From the NCBI RefSeq assembly GCF_053078305.1, contig NZ_CP166879.1: a DNA stretch of 64,000 nucleotides; one strand, given 5' to 3'. Position 1 is the stretch's first letter; every line of letters starts with the position of its first letter. The position numbers and the translations under genes were made by a program. The notes under the pieces are model-generated. The model searched no databases and was not told the DNA's origin. It worked only from the letters and a program-made list of their open reading frames with translations. Of the stretch, positions 9,480 to 21,454 are shown piece after piece.

Positions 9480-10531
9480 TGCTACGCGAGTGTGATTACA
9501 GCCAGGCGCTGCTGGAGCAGGTGAATCAGGCAATTAGCGATAAAACGCCGCTGGTGATTCAGGGCAGCAATAGCAAAGCCTTTTTAGGTCGCCCTGTCAC
9601 CGGGCAAACGCTGGATGTGCGTTGTCATCGCGGCATTGTTAATTACGACCCGACCGAGCTGGTGATAACCGCTCGTGCCGGAACGCCGCTGGTGGCGATT
9701 GAAGCGGCGCTGGAGAGCGCCGGGCAAATGCTTCCCTGCGAGCCGCCGCATTATGGTGAAGAAGCCACCTGGGGCGGGATGGTCGCCTGCGGGCTGGCGG
9801 GGCCGCGTCGCCCGTGGAGCGGTTCGGTCCGCGATTTTGTCCTCGGCACGCGCATCATTACCGGCGCTGGAAAACATCTGCGTTTTGGTGGCGAAGTGAT
9901 GAAAAACGTTGCCGGATACGATCTCTCACGGTTAATGGCCGGAAGCTACGGTTGTCTTGGCGTGCTCACTGAAATCTCAATGAAAGTGTTACCGCGACCG
10001 CGCGCTTCCCTGAGCCTGCGTCGGGAAATCAGCCTGCAAGAAGCCATGAGTGAAATCGCCGAGTGGCAACTCCAGCCATTACCCATTAGTGGCTTATGTT
10101 ACTTCGACAATGCGTTGTGGATCCGCCTTGAGGGCGGCGAAGGATCGGTAAAAGCAGCGCGTGAACTGCTGGGTGGCGAAGAGGTGGCGGGTCAGTTCTG
10201 GCAGCAATTGCGTGAACAACAACTGCCGTTCTTCTCGTTACCAGGTACCTTATGGCGCATTTCATTACCCAGCGATGCGCCGATGATGGATTTACCCGGC
10301 GAGCAACTGATCGACTGGGGCGGGGCGTTACGCTGGCTGAAATCGACAGCCGATGACAATCAAATCCATCGCATCGCCCGCAACGCTGGTGGTCATGCGA
10401 CCCGCTTTAGTGCCGGAGATGGTGGCTTTGCCCCGCTATCGGCTCCTTTATTCCGCTATCACCAGCAGCTTAAACAGCAGCTCGACCCTTGCGGCGTGTT
10501 TAACCCCGGTCGCATGTACGCGGAACTTTGA
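9479..10531 (+). CDS. glcE: glycolate oxidase subunit GlcE
   Basis: 350 aa; start overlaps glcD stop. Confidence 0.95.
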   Translation: MLRECDYSQALLEQVNQAISDKTPLVIQGSNSKAFLGRPVTGQTLDVRCHRGIVNYDPTELVITARAGTPLVAIEAALESAGQMLPCEPPHYGEEATWGGMVACGLAGPRRPWSGSVRDFVLGTRIITGAGKHLRFGGEVMKNVAGYDLSRLMAGSYGCLGVLTEISMKVLPRPRASLSLRREISLQEAMSEIAEWQLQPLPISGLCYFDNALWIRLEGGEGSVKAARELLGGEEVAGQFWQQLREQQLPFFSLPGTLWRISLPSDAPMMDLPGEQLIDWGGALRWLKSTADDNQIHRIARNAGGHATRFSAGDGGFAPLSAPLFRYHQQLKQQLDPCGVFNPGRMYAEL

Positions 10532-10541
10532 GGAGCAGGCT

Positions 10542-11765
10542 ATGCAAACCCAATTAACTGAAGAGATGCGGCAGAACGCGCGCGCGCTGGAAGCCGACAG
10601 CATCCTGCGCGCCTGTGTTCACTGCGGATTTTGTACCGCAACCTGCCCAACCTATCAGCTTCTGGGCGATGAACTGGACGGGCCGCGCGGGCGCATCTAT
10701 CTGATTAAACAGGTGCTGGAAGGCAACGAAGTCACGCTTAAAACACAGGAGCATCTCGATCGCTGCCTCACTTGCCGCAATTGTGAAACCACCTGTCCTT
10801 CTGGTGTGCGCTATCACAATTTGCTGGATATCGGGCGTGATATTGTCGAGCAGAAAGTGAAACGCCCACTGCCGGAGCGAATACTGCGCGAAGGATTGCG
10901 CCAGGTAGTGCCGCGTCCGGCGGTCTTCCGTGCGCTGACGCAGGTAGGGCTGGTGCTGCGACCGTTTTTACCGGAACAGGTCAGAGCAAAACTGCCTGCT
11001 GAAACGGTGAAAGCTAAACCGCGTCCGCCGCTGCGCCATAAGCGTCGGGTTTTAATGCTGGAAGGCTGCGCCCAGCCTACGCTTTCGCCCAACACCAACG
11101 CGGCAACTGCGCGAGTGCTGGATCGTCTGGGGATCAGCGTCATGCCAGCTAACGAAGCAGGCTGTTGTGGCGCGGTGGACTATCATCTTAATGCGCAGGA
11201 GAAAGGGCTGGCACGGGCGCGCAATAATATTGATGCCTGGTGGCCCGCGATTGAAGCAGGTGCCGAGGCAATTTTGCAAACCGCCAGCGGTTGCGGCGCG
11301 TTTGTCAAAGAGTATGGGCAGATGCTGAAAAACGATGCGTTATATGCCGATAAAGCGCGTCAGGTCAGTGAACTGGCGGTCGATTTAGTCGAGCTTCTGC
11401 GCGAGGAACCGCTGGAAAAACTGGCAATTCGCGGCGATAAAAAACTGGCCTTCCACTGCCCGTGTACCCTACAACATGCGCAAAAGCTGAACGGCGAAGT
11501 GGAAAAAGTGTTGCTTCGTCTTGGATTTACCTTAACGGACGTTCCCGACAGCCATCTGTGCTGCGGGTCGGCGGGAACATATGCGTTAACGCATCCCGAT
11601 CTGGCACGCCAGCTGCGGGATAACAAAATGAATGCGCTGGAAAGCGGCAAACCGGAAATGATCGTCACCGCCAACATTGGTTGCCAGACGCATCTGGCGA
11701 GCGCCGGTCGTACCTCTGTGCGTCACTGGATTGAAATTGTAGAACAAGCCCTTGAAAAGGAATAA
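10542..11765 (+). CDS. glcF: glycolate oxidase iron-sulfur subunit GlcF
   Basis: Start at ATG 10542 (MQTQLTEEM) after GAGGAG ribosome-binding site; two CxxCxxC-type cysteine clusters; ORF-track start at 10353 rejected. Confidence 0.9.
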   Translation: MQTQLTEEMRQNARALEADSILRACVHCGFCTATCPTYQLLGDELDGPRGRIYLIKQVLEGNEVTLKTQEHLDRCLTCRNCETTCPSGVRYHNLLDIGRDIVEQKVKRPLPERILREGLRQVVPRPAVFRALTQVGLVLRPFLPEQVRAKLPAETVKAKPRPPLRHKRRVLMLEGCAQPTLSPNTNAATARVLDRLGISVMPANEAGCCGAVDYHLNAQEKGLARARNNIDAWWPAIEAGAEAILQTASGCGAFVKEYGQMLKNDALYADKARQVSELAVDLVELLREEPLEKLAIRGDKKLAFHCPCTLQHAQKLNGEVEKVLLRLGFTLTDVPDSHLCCGSAGTYALTHPDLARQLRDNKMNALESGKPEMIVTANIGCQTHLASAGRTSVRHWIEIVEQALEKE

Positions 11766-11769
11766 CAAA

Positions 11770-12174
11770 ATGAAAACTAAAGTCATTCTTAGCCAGCAAA
11801 TGGCGAGTGCAATTATTGCCGCAGGTCAGGAAGAGGCGCAGAAAAACAACTGGTCTGTTTCCATTGCTGTTGCCGATGACGGCGGTCATCTGCTGGCGTT
11901 AAGTCGCATGGACGATTGCGCGCCGATTGCGGCTTACATCTCCCAGGAGAAAGCGCGTACCGCCGCGCTGGGGCGTCGTGAAACTAAGGGCTATGAAGAG
12001 ATGGTGAACAACGGACGTACCGCGTTCGTGACTGCGCCGTTATTAACGTCGCTGGAAGGCGGCGTACCGGTTGTTGTTGATGGACAAATTATTGGTGCCG
12101 TGGGCGTTTCTGGTTTAACCGGAGTACAGGATGCGCAGGTCGCGAAAGCGGCAGCAGCGGTGTTGGCGAAATAA
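11770..12174 (+). CDS. glcG: GlcG
   Basis: 134 aa from MKTKVILSQQ; position between glcF and glcB. Confidence 0.85.
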   Translation: MKTKVILSQQMASAIIAAGQEEAQKNNWSVSIAVADDGGHLLALSRMDDCAPIAAYISQEKARTAALGRRETKGYEEMVNNGRTAFVTAPLLTSLEGGVPVVVDGQIIGAVGVSGLTGVQDAQVAKAAAAVLAK

Positions 12175-12195
12175 GCGAAAACGAGGAGAGAAACA

Positions 12196-14367
12196 ATGAG
12201 TCAAACCATAACCCAGGGCCGTTTACGCATTGACGCCAATTTTAAACGTTTTGTGGATGAAGAAGTTTTACCGGGAACAGGGCTGGACGCTGCGGCGTTC
12301 TGGCGCAATTTTGATGAGATCGTTCACGATCTGGCACCAGAAAATCGTCAGTTGCTGGCAGAACGCGATCGCATTCAGGCGGCGCTTGATGAGTGGCATC
12401 GCAGCAATCCGGGGCCGGTAAAAGATAAAGCGGCCTATAAATCTTTCCTGCGTGAACTGGGCTACCTGGTGCCGCAACCGGAGCGCGTGACGGTGGAAAC
12501 CACGGGCATTGACAGCGAAATCACCAGTCAGGCGGGGCCACAGCTGGTGGTTCCGGCAATGAACGCCCGCTACGCGCTGAACGCGGCGAACGCTCGCTGG
12601 GGCTCACTGTACGATGCGTTATACGGCAGCGACATCATCCCGCAGGAAGGGGCGATGGCCAGCGGCTACGATCCGCAACGCGGTGAGCAGGTTATCGCCT
12701 GGGTTCGGCGTTTCCTCGATGAATCTCTACCGCTGGAAAACGGCAGCTATCAGGATGTGGTGGCGTTTAAGGTGGTCGATAAACAATTACGCATCCAGTT
12801 GAAAAATGGTAAAGAAACCACGTTACGTACCCCGGCGCAGTTTGTCGGTTACCGTGGCGATGCCGCTGCGCCGACCTGCATTTTGCTGAAAAATAACGGC
12901 CTGCATATTGAACTGCAAATTGATGCCAACGGGCGGATTGGCAAAGACGATCCGGCGCACATCAACGATGTTATCGTCGAAGCGGCCATCAGTACCATTC
13001 TCGACTGCGAAGATTCGGTCGCGGCGGTTGATGCGGAAGATAAAATCCTGCTGTACCGCAACCTGCTGGGCCTGATGCAGGGGACTCTGCAAGAGAAAAT
13101 GGAGAAAAACGGTCGACAAATCGTGCGTAAACTGAATGACGATCGTCATTACACCGCCGCCGATGGCTCTGAAATTTCTCTGCACGGACGCTCGCTGCTG
13201 TTTATCCGCAACGTGGGTCATTTGATGACCATTCCTGTGATTTGGGACAGCGAAGGCAATGAAATCCCGGAAGGCATTCTTGATGGCGTCATGACTGGCG
13301 CGATTGCCCTCTATGATTTAAAAGTGCAGAAAAACTCGCGCACTGGCAGCGTCTATATTGTGAAACCGAAAATGCACGGTCCGCAGGAAGTGGCGTTCGC
13401 CAACAAACTGTTTACCCGCATTGAGACAATGCTCGGTATGGCACCGAATACCCTGAAAATGGGCATTATGGATGAAGAACGTCGGACCTCGCTGAACTTG
13501 CGTAGCTGTATCGCTCAGGCGCGCAACCGCGTGGCGTTCATCAATACCGGTTTCCTCGACCGTACCGGCGATGAAATGCATTCGGTGATGGAAGCTGGCC
13601 CGATGCTGCGTAAAAATCAGATGAAATCGACGCCTTGGATCAAAGCCTACGAGCGTAATAACGTGCTTTCCGGTCTGTTCTGTGGGCTGCGCGGTAAAGC
13701 GCAAATTGGTAAAGGCATGTGGGCAATGCCGGACCTGATGGCAGACATGTACAGCCAGAAGGGCGACCAACTGCGTGCCGGGGCAAACACAGCCTGGGTT
13801 CCGTCACCAACCGCTGCTACGCTCCATGCGCTGCACTACCACCAAACCAACGTACAGAGCGTGCAAGCCAACATTGCCCAGACCGAGTTCAATGCTGAAT
13901 TTGAACCGCTGCTGGACGATCTGCTGACTATTCCGGTTGCTGAAAACGCTAACTGGTCGGCGCAAGAGATCCAACAAGAGCTGGATAACAACGTGCAGGG
14001 GATTCTGGGGTACGTGGTGCGCTGGGTGGAGCAGGGGATTGGTTGTTCAAAAGTGCCGGATATTCACAATGTGGCGCTGATGGAAGACCGCGCAACGCTG
14101 CGTATCTCCAGCCAGCATATCGCCAACTGGTTACGTCACGGTATTCTGACCAAAGAACAGGTGCAGGCGTCGCTGGAGAATATGGCGAAAGTGGTTGATC
14201 AGCAAAACGCTGGCGATCCGGCTTATCGTCCGATGGCGGGGAATTTCGCTAACTCGTGTGCCTTTAAGGCTGCCAGCGATTTAATCTTCCTTGGCGTGAA
14301 ACAGCCAAACGGCTATACCGAACCGTTATTACACGCCTGGCGTTTACGCGAAAAAGAAAGTCATTAA
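12196..14367 (+). CDS. glcB: malate synthase G
   Basis: 723 aa beginning [27 protein letters not shown]. Confidence 0.95.
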   Translation: MSQTITQGRLRIDANFKRFVDEEVLPGTGLDAAAFWRNFDEIVHDLAPENRQLLAERDRIQAALDEWHRSNPGPVKDKAAYKSFLRELGYLVPQPERVTVETTGIDSEITSQAGPQLVVPAMNARYALNAANARWGSLYDALYGSDIIPQEGAMASGYDPQRGEQVIAWVRRFLDESLPLENGSYQDVVAFKVVDKQLRIQLKNGKETTLRTPAQFVGYRGDAAAPTCILLKNNGLHIELQIDANGRIGKDDPAHINDVIVEAAISTILDCEDSVAAVDAEDKILLYRNLLGLMQGTLQEKMEKNGRQIVRKLNDDRHYTAADGSEISLHGRSLLFIRNVGHLMTIPVIWDSEGNEIPEGILDGVMTGAIALYDLKVQKNSRTGSVYIVKPKMHGPQEVAFANKLFTRIETMLGMAPNTLKMGIMDEERRTSLNLRSCIAQARNRVAFINTGFLDRTGDEMHSVMEAGPMLRKNQMKSTPWIKAYERNNVLSGLFCGLRGKAQIGKGMWAMPDLMADMYSQKGDQLRAGANTAWVPSPTAATLHALHYHQTNVQSVQANIAQTEFNAEFEPLLDDLLTIPVAENANWSAQEIQQELDNNVQGILGYVVRWVEQGIGCSKVPDIHNVALMEDRATLRISSQHIANWLRHGILTKEQVQASLENMAKVVDQQNAGDPAYRPMAGNFANSCAFKAASDLIFLGVKQPNGYTEPLLHAWRLREKESH

Positions 14368-14721
14368 TAGCGTCAAAAAAGCCCCGGCAAGTTTTATTGT
14401 CGGGGCTATGATAGTAACTGCGGTAGTACATTTATCCCGGAAATAACCGGAGCGATTATCAGGGTTTAACAATATTAAATACCCGTAGCGCATTACTAGC
14501 GGGCCTAAAACAACAATATGGACATCTTAACGATACTCTGCGCCTGCGTGTGCGGAACAGAAACCCTTACCCGATATACTTGTTATGCCAGAGGTAGCAA
14601 TTGCGTTAGCGGCGTACTGTTGCTGTAAAGTATAACGCCTATATTTTACAGTTCAGTCCTCTTTTGCTTATTACAACCTTAAGTATATCAAGCATATAAA
14701 GATAATAAGAGACTGAACAAT

Positions 14722-16404
14722 ATGGTTACCTGGACCCAAATGTATATGCCGATGGGAGGACTGGGGCTATCCGCTCTGGTCGCCCTGATCCCGATAATAT
14801 TCTTCTTCGTTGCACTCGCGGTATTACGTCTGAAAGGACATGTTGCCGGAGCAATAACCCTTATATTATCTATCCTGATTGCGATATTCGCCTTTAAAAT
14901 GCCGATTGATATGGCATTTGCTGCTGCGGGCTATGGCTTTATTTATGGATTATGGCCAATAGCGTGGATTATTGTCGCGGCGGTGTTCCTGTATAAATTA
15001 ACCGTTGCCAGCGGGCAGTTCGATATTATCCGCAGCTCGGTTATCTCCATCACCGACGATCAGCGTTTGCAGGTGTTACTGATTGGTTTCTCCTTTGGTG
15101 CGTTGCTGGAAGGAGCGGCTGGCTTTGGTGCGCCGGTGGCGATTACCGGTGCGCTGCTGGTGGGCCTGGGCTTCAAACCGTTATACGCGGCGGGGCTGTG
15201 TCTGATTGCCAATACTGCGCCAGTGGCGTTTGGTGCGTTGGGCGTGCCGATTCTGGTCGCCGGTCAGGTAACGGGAATCGATCCGTTCCACATTGGCGCA
15301 ATGGCGGGACGTCAGTTACCGTTCCTGTCGGTTCTTGTGCCGTTCTGGCTGGTAGCAATGATGGACGGCTGGAAAGGGGTGAAAGAGACGTGGCCAGCGG
15401 CGCTGGTTGCAGGGGGAAGCTTCGCTGTCACTCAGTTCTTTACCTCTAACTATATTGGTCCGGAACTGCCGGATATTACTTCGGCGCTGGTGAGTATCGT
15501 CTCACTCGCTTTATTCCTTAAAGTCTGGCGGCCGAAAAATACCGAAACGGCAATCAGCATGGGACAATCCGCAGGTGCGATGGTGGTAAATAAGCCATCT
15601 TCTGGCGGTCCCGTGCCTTCAGAATATAGTCTGGGGCAAATCATTCGAGCGTGGTCACCGTTTTTAATCTTAACGGTGCTGGTCACCATCTGGACCATGA
15701 AGCCGTTTAAAGCGTTATTTGCTCCGGGCGGCGCGTTTTATTCACTGGTGATTAATTTCCAGATCCCTCATTTGCATCAACAAGTGTTGAAAGCGGCACC
15801 CATTGTCGCCCAACCAACGCCAATGGATGCGGTGTTTAAATTCGACCCCCTCTCGGCTGGCGGCACCGCTATTTTTATTGCGGCGATTATCTCTATCTTC
15901 ATCCTCGGTGTGGGGATCAAGAAAGGTATTGGCGTCTTTGCCGAAACGCTAATTAGCCTGAAGTGGCCGATACTGTCGATTGGCATGGTGTTGGCATTTG
16001 CCTTCGTGACCAACTATTCCGGTATGTCCACCACGCTGGCGCTGGTACTGGCGGGTACTGGTGTGATGTTCCCGTTCTTCTCGCCATTCCTCGGCTGGCT
16101 GGGGGTATTCCTTACCGGCTCGGACACTTCCTCTAACGCCCTGTTTGGTTCACTGCAATCGACCACGGCGCAGCAAATCAACGTCTCTGACACTCTGCTG
16201 GTGGCAGCAAATACCAGCGGCGGCGTAACTGGCAAGATGATCTCCCCGCAATCTATCGCCGTGGCCTGCGCCGCGACGGGCATGGTGGGCCGAGAATCTG
16301 AACTGTTCCGCTACACCGTGAAGCACAGTCTGATTTTTGCCAGCGTTATCGGCATTATCACCCTGCTGCAGGCATATGTGTTTACCGGGATGTTAGTCTC
16401 GTAA
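14722..16404 (+). CDS. glcA: glycolate permease (lactate permease family)
   Basis: 560 aa polytopic membrane protein directly after glcB. Confidence 0.9.
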   Translation: MVTWTQMYMPMGGLGLSALVALIPIIFFFVALAVLRLKGHVAGAITLILSILIAIFAFKMPIDMAFAAAGYGFIYGLWPIAWIIVAAVFLYKLTVASGQFDIIRSSVISITDDQRLQVLLIGFSFGALLEGAAGFGAPVAITGALLVGLGFKPLYAAGLCLIANTAPVAFGALGVPILVAGQVTGIDPFHIGAMAGRQLPFLSVLVPFWLVAMMDGWKGVKETWPAALVAGGSFAVTQFFTSNYIGPELPDITSALVSIVSLALFLKVWRPKNTETAISMGQSAGAMVVNKPSSGGPVPSEYSLGQIIRAWSPFLILTVLVTIWTMKPFKALFAPGGAFYSLVINFQIPHLHQQVLKAAPIVAQPTPMDAVFKFDPLSAGGTAIFIAAIISIFILGVGIKKGIGVFAETLISLKWPILSIGMVLAFAFVTNYSGMSTTLALVLAGTGVMFPFFSPFLGWLGVFLTGSDTSSNALFGSLQSTTAQQINVSDTLLVAANTSGGVTGKMISPQSIAVACAATGMVGRESELFRYTVKHSLIFASVIGIITLLQAYVFTGMLVS

Positions 16405-16413
16405 GTCAATAAT

Positions 16414-16448
16414 GCCGGATGATCGTTAATATCATCCGGCTTCATTTA
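16414..16448 (+). terminator. putative intrinsic terminator after glcA
   Basis: Perfect 10-bp stem gccggatgat / atcatccggc with 7-nt loop, followed by a T-containing tract. Confidence 0.5.
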
Positions 16449-16888
16449 CATTATTCTGTCTTATTAATTGAAAATTATTTCTCGCTTTATTATCCATGCA
16501 GCAATAATGTTTTGCGTTCAGATAACCTGCTAAATAATTAAGAGCGTGAGAATATCTATTTTTTTATGACGCAAAACAAGTCTGTATTAATTATGTTCGC
16601 TTGATGAGCAAACACCGTTCTATCTGTTGCTTTTGCAATCTTAATCGTTAAAACTACCAACGAATTTATATAGTTACGTTGTGAAATGTTGTTAATTTTT
16701 TGTTTATTGAAATTTCGTAAAAATAGCCAAATAGACATCGTATAGGGGTTATTCTTATAAATTTCACCTGTTTTCTATCAATGATGTCGTTTTCTTAAGA
16801 ATGGAGGAAATTATTAAAGAAGATAAAGCATAAAACTATTTCTCCCAGTTACGAATTTTTTAACATTGTTTTGTCACTTGCGTTATTA

Positions 16889-19800
16889 ATGAATAAGAAA
16901 TTTAAATATAAGAAATCGCTTTTAGCGGCTATTTTGAGTGCAACCCTGTTAGCCGGTTGTGATGGCGGTGGCTCCGGATCTTCCTCCGATACGCCGCCTG
17001 TAGATTCTGGAACAGGGTCTTTGCCGGAAGTGAAACCTGATCCAACACCAAACCCGGAGCCGACGCCTGAGCCAACGCCGGACCCAGAACCTACGCCGGA
17101 ACCGACACCTGATCCTGAGCCAACACCAGAACCGGAGCCAGAACCTGTTCCTACGAAAACGGGTTATCTGACCCTGGGCGGAAGTCTGCGGGTAACTGGT
17201 GATATCACCTGTAATGATGAATCCAGCGATGGCTTTACATTTAAACCTGGCGAGGACGTTACTTGCGTGGCGGGTAACACGACAATTGCCACCTTCAACA
17301 CTCAGTCAGAAGCTGCGCGTAGCTTGCGTGCGGTTGAAAAAGTGTCGTTTAGCCTTGAGGACGCGCAAGAACTGGCGGGCTCCGATGACAAGAAAAGCAA
17401 TGCGGTTTCGCTGGTAACGTCCAGTAACAGCTGTCCGGCGGATACAGAACAGGTTTGCCTGACGTTCTCCTCGGTGATCGAGAGTAAACGTTTCGACTCG
17501 CTGTATAAGCAAATCGATCTGGCACCGGAAGAGTTCAAAAAGCTGGTCAATGAAGAGGTGGAAAACAATGCTGCGACCGATAAAGCGCCATCCACTCATA
17601 CTTCACCGGTCGTGCCCGTCACCACGCCGGGAACAAAACCGGATCTGAACGCTTCCTTCGTGTCGGCTAACGCGGAACAGTTTTATCAGTATCAACCCTC
17701 GGAAATCATTCTCTCAGAAGGTCGCCTGGTGGATAGCCAGAGATATGGTGTTGCTGGCGTCAACTACTACACCAATTCAGGCCGTGGCGTGACAGGAGAA
17801 AATGGTGAATTTTCCTTTAGCTGGGGCGAAACCATCTCCTTTGGTATCGACACCTTTGAACTGGGCTCAGTACGCGGCAATAAGTCGACCATTGCATTGA
17901 CTGAGTTGGGCGACGAAGTTCGCGGCGCGAATATCGATCAGCTTATTCATCGTTATTCCCAAGCCGGAAAAAATGATGAGCGTGAAGTGCCGGACGTAGT
18001 GCGCCAGGTCTTTGCCGAGTATCCCAACGTGATCAACGAGATTATCAATCTCTCGTTATCCAATGGCGAGGCGTTGAGCGAAGGCGACCAAACCTTTGAG
18101 CGGACAAACGAATTTCTTGAGCAGTTTGAATCCGGGCAGGCTAAAGAGATTGATACGGCGATTTGTGACTCTCTTGGGGGCTGCAACTCTCAGCGTTGGT
18201 TCTCGTTGACAGCACGCAATGTTAACGAAGGTCAGATTCAGGGCGTTATCAACAAGCTGTGGGGTGTGGATGAAGATTACAAATCGGTGACGAAATTCCA
18301 CGTCTTTCATGACTCTACCAACTTCTATGGCAGCACCGGTAATGCGCGCGGTCAGGCGGTGGTGAATATCTCCAACGCGGCCTTCCCGATTCTGATGGCG
18401 CGTAATGATAAAAACTACTGGCTGGCCTTCGGCGAGAAACGGGCCTGGGATAAAAATGAGCTGGCGTACATTACTGAAGCGCCTTCCATTGTGCGACCAG
18501 AGAACGTGACACGCGAAACCGCCACCTTCAACCTGCCGTTTATTTCGCTGGGGCAAGTGGGCGATGGCAAGCTGATGGTTATCGGTAACCCACACTACAA
18601 CAGCATCCTGCGTTGCCCGAACGGTTACAGCTGGAACGGGGGCGTTAATAAAGATGGGCAGTGTACGCTCAACAGCGACCCGGATGACATGAAGAACTTC
18701 ATGGAGAACGTGCTGCGCTATCTGTCAAATGATCGCTGGTTGCCGGATGCAAAATCCAGTATGACCGTGGGTACTAACCTGGAGACGGTGTATTTCAAAA
18801 AACACGGGCAGGTTACAGGAAACAGTGCTGCGTTTGGCTTCCATCCGGATTTTGCGGGTATCTCTGTTGAGCATTTAAGTAGCTATGGCGATCTCGATCC
18901 GCAGGACATGCCACTGCTGATCCTCAACGGCTTTGAGTATGTGACTCAGGTGGGGGGCGATCCCTATGCAGTGCCTCTGCGTGCAGATACCAGCAAACCG
19001 AAGCTGACCCAGCAGGATGTGACCGATCTGATCGCCTATCTGAACAAAGGTGGCTCGGTGCTGATCATGGAAAACGTGATGAGCAATCTTAAGGAAGAGA
19101 GCGCGTCTGGCTTTGTGCGTCTGCTGGATGCCGCAGGCCTGTCAATGGCACTGAACAAGTCGGTGGTGAATAACGATCCGCAGGGGTATCCGGATCGCGT
19201 ACGCCAACAACGCGCAACGGGTATTTGGGTCTATGAACGTTATCCGTTTGTTGATGGTAAACCGCCGTATACCATTGATGAAACAACGAAAGAAGTTATC
19301 TGGAAATACCAGCAAGACAACAAGCCTGATGATAAGCCGAAACTGGAAGTTGCCAGCTGGCAGGAGGAAGTTGAGGGCAAACAGGTAACGCGTTATGCCT
19401 TTATTGATGAGGCGGAGTTTAAAACAAAAGAGTCTCTGGAGGCTGCAAAGGCAAAAATCTTTGAGAAGTTTCCTGGATTAAAGGAGTGTAAGGACCCAAC
19501 TTACCACTACGAGGTCAACTGCCTGGAATATCGTCCTGGCACGGGAGTTCCGGTTACTGGTGGCATGTATGTTCCACAGTATACGCAACTAAGCCTTAAC
19601 GCCGACACTGCAAAAGCGATGGTGCAGGCTGCAGATTTAGGCACCAACATTCAGCGTCTGTATCAGCATGAGCTCTACTTCCGGACCAATGGTCGCAAAG
19701 GTGAGCGTCTGAGCAGCGTCGATCTGGAACGTCTGTACCAGAACATGTCGGTCTGGCTGTGGAACGATACGAGCTATCGTTATGAAGAAGGCAAAAATGA

Positions 19801-21454
19801 CGAGCTGGGCTTTAAAACGTTCACCGAGTTCCTGAACTGCTATACCAATGATGCCTATACCGATGGCACACAGTGCTCCGCAGATCTGAAAAAATCGCTG
19901 GTCGATAACAACATGATCTACGGTGAAAGTAGCGGTAAAGCGGGCATGATGAACCCAAGCTATCCACTCAACTATATGGAAAAACCGCTGACGCGCCTGA
20001 TGCTGGGCCGTTCCTGGTGGGATCTGAACATTAAGGTTGATGTGGAGAAGTACCCTGGAGCGGTATCTGTAGGGGGAGAAGAGGTTACTGAAACCATCAG
20101 CCTGTACTCGAATCCGACCAAATGGTTTGCAGGTAACATGCAGTCAACTGGCCTGTGGGCACCGGCTCAGAAAGAGGTCACCATTAAGTCCAATGCGAAC
20201 GTTCCTGTGACCGTCACCGTGGCGCTGGCTGACGACCTGACCGGACGTGAGAAGCATGAAGTTGCGCTGAACCGTCCGCCAAGAGTGACTAAAACGTACT
20301 CTCTGGACGCTAGCGGTACGGTGAAGTTCAAGGTGCCTTACGGTGGCCTGATTTATATCAAGGGCAATAGCTCTACCAATGAATCTGCCAGCTTCACCTT
20401 TACTGGCGTGGTAAAAGCACCGTTCTATAAAGACGGCGCATGGAAAAACGATCTGAACTCACCGGCTCCGCTGGGTGAGCTGGAATCAGACGCTTTCGTC
20501 TATACCACACCGAAGAAGAACCTGAATGCCAGCAATTACACTGGCGGATTGGAGCAATTCGCTAACGATCTGGACACCTTTGCCAGCTCGATGAATGACT
20601 TCTACGGTCGTGATGAAACGAGCGGTAAGCACCGGATGTTTACCTATAAAGCATTGACGGGACATAAACATCGTTTCACAAACGATGTGCAGATCTCCAT
20701 CGGTGATGCGCACTCGGGTTATCCGGTAATGAACAGCAGCTTCTCGACGAACAGCACCACGCTGCCGACGACGCCGCTGAACGACTGGTTGATCTGGCAC
20801 GAAGTAGGGCACAACGCCGCAGAAACGCCGCTGACTGTTCCAGGCGCGACCGAAGTGGCGAACAACGTGCTGGCGCTGTACATGCAGGATCGTTATCTCG
20901 GCAAGATGAACCGTGTCGCTGACGATATTACCGTCGCGCCGGAATATCTGGAGGAGAGCAACAACCAGGCTTGGGCGCGCGGCGGTGCGGGTGACCGTTT
21001 GCTGATGTACGCGCAGCTGAAGGAATGGGCAGAGAAAAACTTTGATATCAAGAAATGGTATCCAGATGGCACTCCTCTGCCAGAGTTTTACAGCGAGCGT
21101 GAAGGGATGAAAGGCTGGAACCTGTTCCAGTTGATGCATCGTAAAGCACGCGGCGATGATGTTGGCAATGACAAATTTGGCAACAGAAACTACTGTGCCG
21201 AATCCAACGGTAACGCTGCCGACAAGCTGATGCTGTGTGCCTCCTGGGTCGCCCAGACGGATCTTTCGGAGTTCTTTAAAAAATGGAATCCGGGCGCGAA
21301 TGCTTACCAGCTGCCGGGGGTGAGCGAGATGAACTTCGAGGGCGGTGTGAGCCAGTCGGCTTACGAGACGCTGGCGGCGCTTGGTCTGCCGAAACCGCAG
21401 CAAGGGCCGGAAACCATTAATCAGGTTACCGAGCATAAGATGTCAGCCGAGTAA
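16889..21454 (+). CDS. sslE: SslE/YghJ secreted lipoprotein, M60-like zinc metalloprotease (mucinase)
   Basis: Starts MNKKFKYKKSLLAAILSATLLAGC (lipobox); Pro-Glu-Pro-Thr repeat linker; HEVGH zinc-binding motif encoded at 20798-20812. Confidence 0.9.
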   Translation: MNKKFKYKKSLLAAILSATLLAGCDGGGSGSSSDTPPVDSGTGSLPEVKPDPTPNPEPTPEPTPDPEPTPEPTPDPEPTPEPEPEPVPTKTGYLTLGGSLRVTGDITCNDESSDGFTFKPGEDVTCVAGNTTIATFNTQSEAARSLRAVEKVSFSLEDAQELAGSDDKKSNAVSLVTSSNSCPADTEQVCLTFSSVIESKRFDSLYKQIDLAPEEFKKLVNEEVENNAATDKAPSTHTSPVVPVTTPGTKPDLNASFVSANAEQFYQYQPSEIILSEGRLVDSQRYGVAGVNYYTNSGRGVTGENGEFSFSWGETISFGIDTFELGSVRGNKSTIALTELGDEVRGANIDQLIHRYSQAGKNDEREVPDVVRQVFAEYPNVINEIINLSLSNGEALSEGDQTFERTNEFLEQFESGQAKEIDTAICDSLGGCNSQRWFSLTARNVNEGQIQGVINKLWGVDEDYKSVTKFHVFHDSTNFYGSTGNARGQAVVNISNAAFPILMARNDKNYWLAFGEKRAWDKNELAYITEAPSIVRPENVTRETATFNLPFISLGQVGDGKLMVIGNPHYNSILRCPNGYSWNGGVNKDGQCTLNSDPDDMKNFMENVLRYLSNDRWLPDAKSSMTVGTNLETVYFKKHGQVTGNSAAFGFHPDFAGISVEHLSSYGDLDPQDMPLLILNGFEYVTQVGGDPYAVPLRADTSKPKLTQQDVTDLIAYLNKGGSVLIMENVMSNLKEESASGFVRLLDAAGLSMALNKSVVNNDPQGYPDRVRQQRATGIWVYERYPFVDGKPPYTIDETTKEVIWKYQQDNKPDDKPKLEVASWQEEVEGKQVTRYAFIDEAEFKTKESLEAAKAKIFEKFPGLKECKDPTYHYEVNCLEYRPGTGVPVTGGMYVPQYTQLSLNADTAKAMVQAADLGTNIQRLYQHELYFRTNGRKGERLSSVDLERLYQNMSVWLWNDTSYRYEEGKNDELGFKTFTEFLNCYTNDAYTDGTQCSADLKKSLVDNNMIYGESSGKAGMMNPSYPLNYMEKPLTRLMLGRSWWDLNIKVDVEKYPGAVSVGGEEVTETISLYSNPTKWFAGNMQSTGLWAPAQKEVTIKSNANVPVTVTVALADDLTGREKHEVALNRPPRVTKTYSLDASGTVKFKVPYGGLIYIKGNSSTNESASFTFTGVVKAPFYKDGAWKNDLNSPAPLGELESDAFVYTTPKKNLNASNYTGGLEQFANDLDTFASSMNDFYGRDETSGKHRMFTYKALTGHKHRFTNDVQISIGDAHSGYPVMNSSFSTNSTTLPTTPLNDWLIWHEVGHNAAETPLTVPGATEVANNVLALYMQDRYLGKMNRVADDITVAPEYLEESNNQAWARGGAGDRLLMYAQLKEWAEKNFDIKKWYPDGTPLPEFYSEREGMKGWNLFQLMHRKARGDDVGNDKFGNRNYCAESNGNAADKLMLCASWVAQTDLSEFFKKWNPGANAYQLPGVSEMNFEGGVSQSAYETLAALGLPKPQQGPETINQVTEHKMSAE

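Noticed and set aside
10353-10541. N-terminal extension of glcF overlapping glcE
   Set aside because: The extension overlaps the glcE coding region; an ATG at 10542 with a GAGGAG ribosome-binding site gives the recalled GlcF N-terminus.
18056-18595. 179-aa antisense ORF inside sslE, and similar antisense ORFs elsewhere (for example 20486-21436)
   Set aside because: Shadow ORFs lying entirely within a well-supported gene on the opposite strand; no independent signals.
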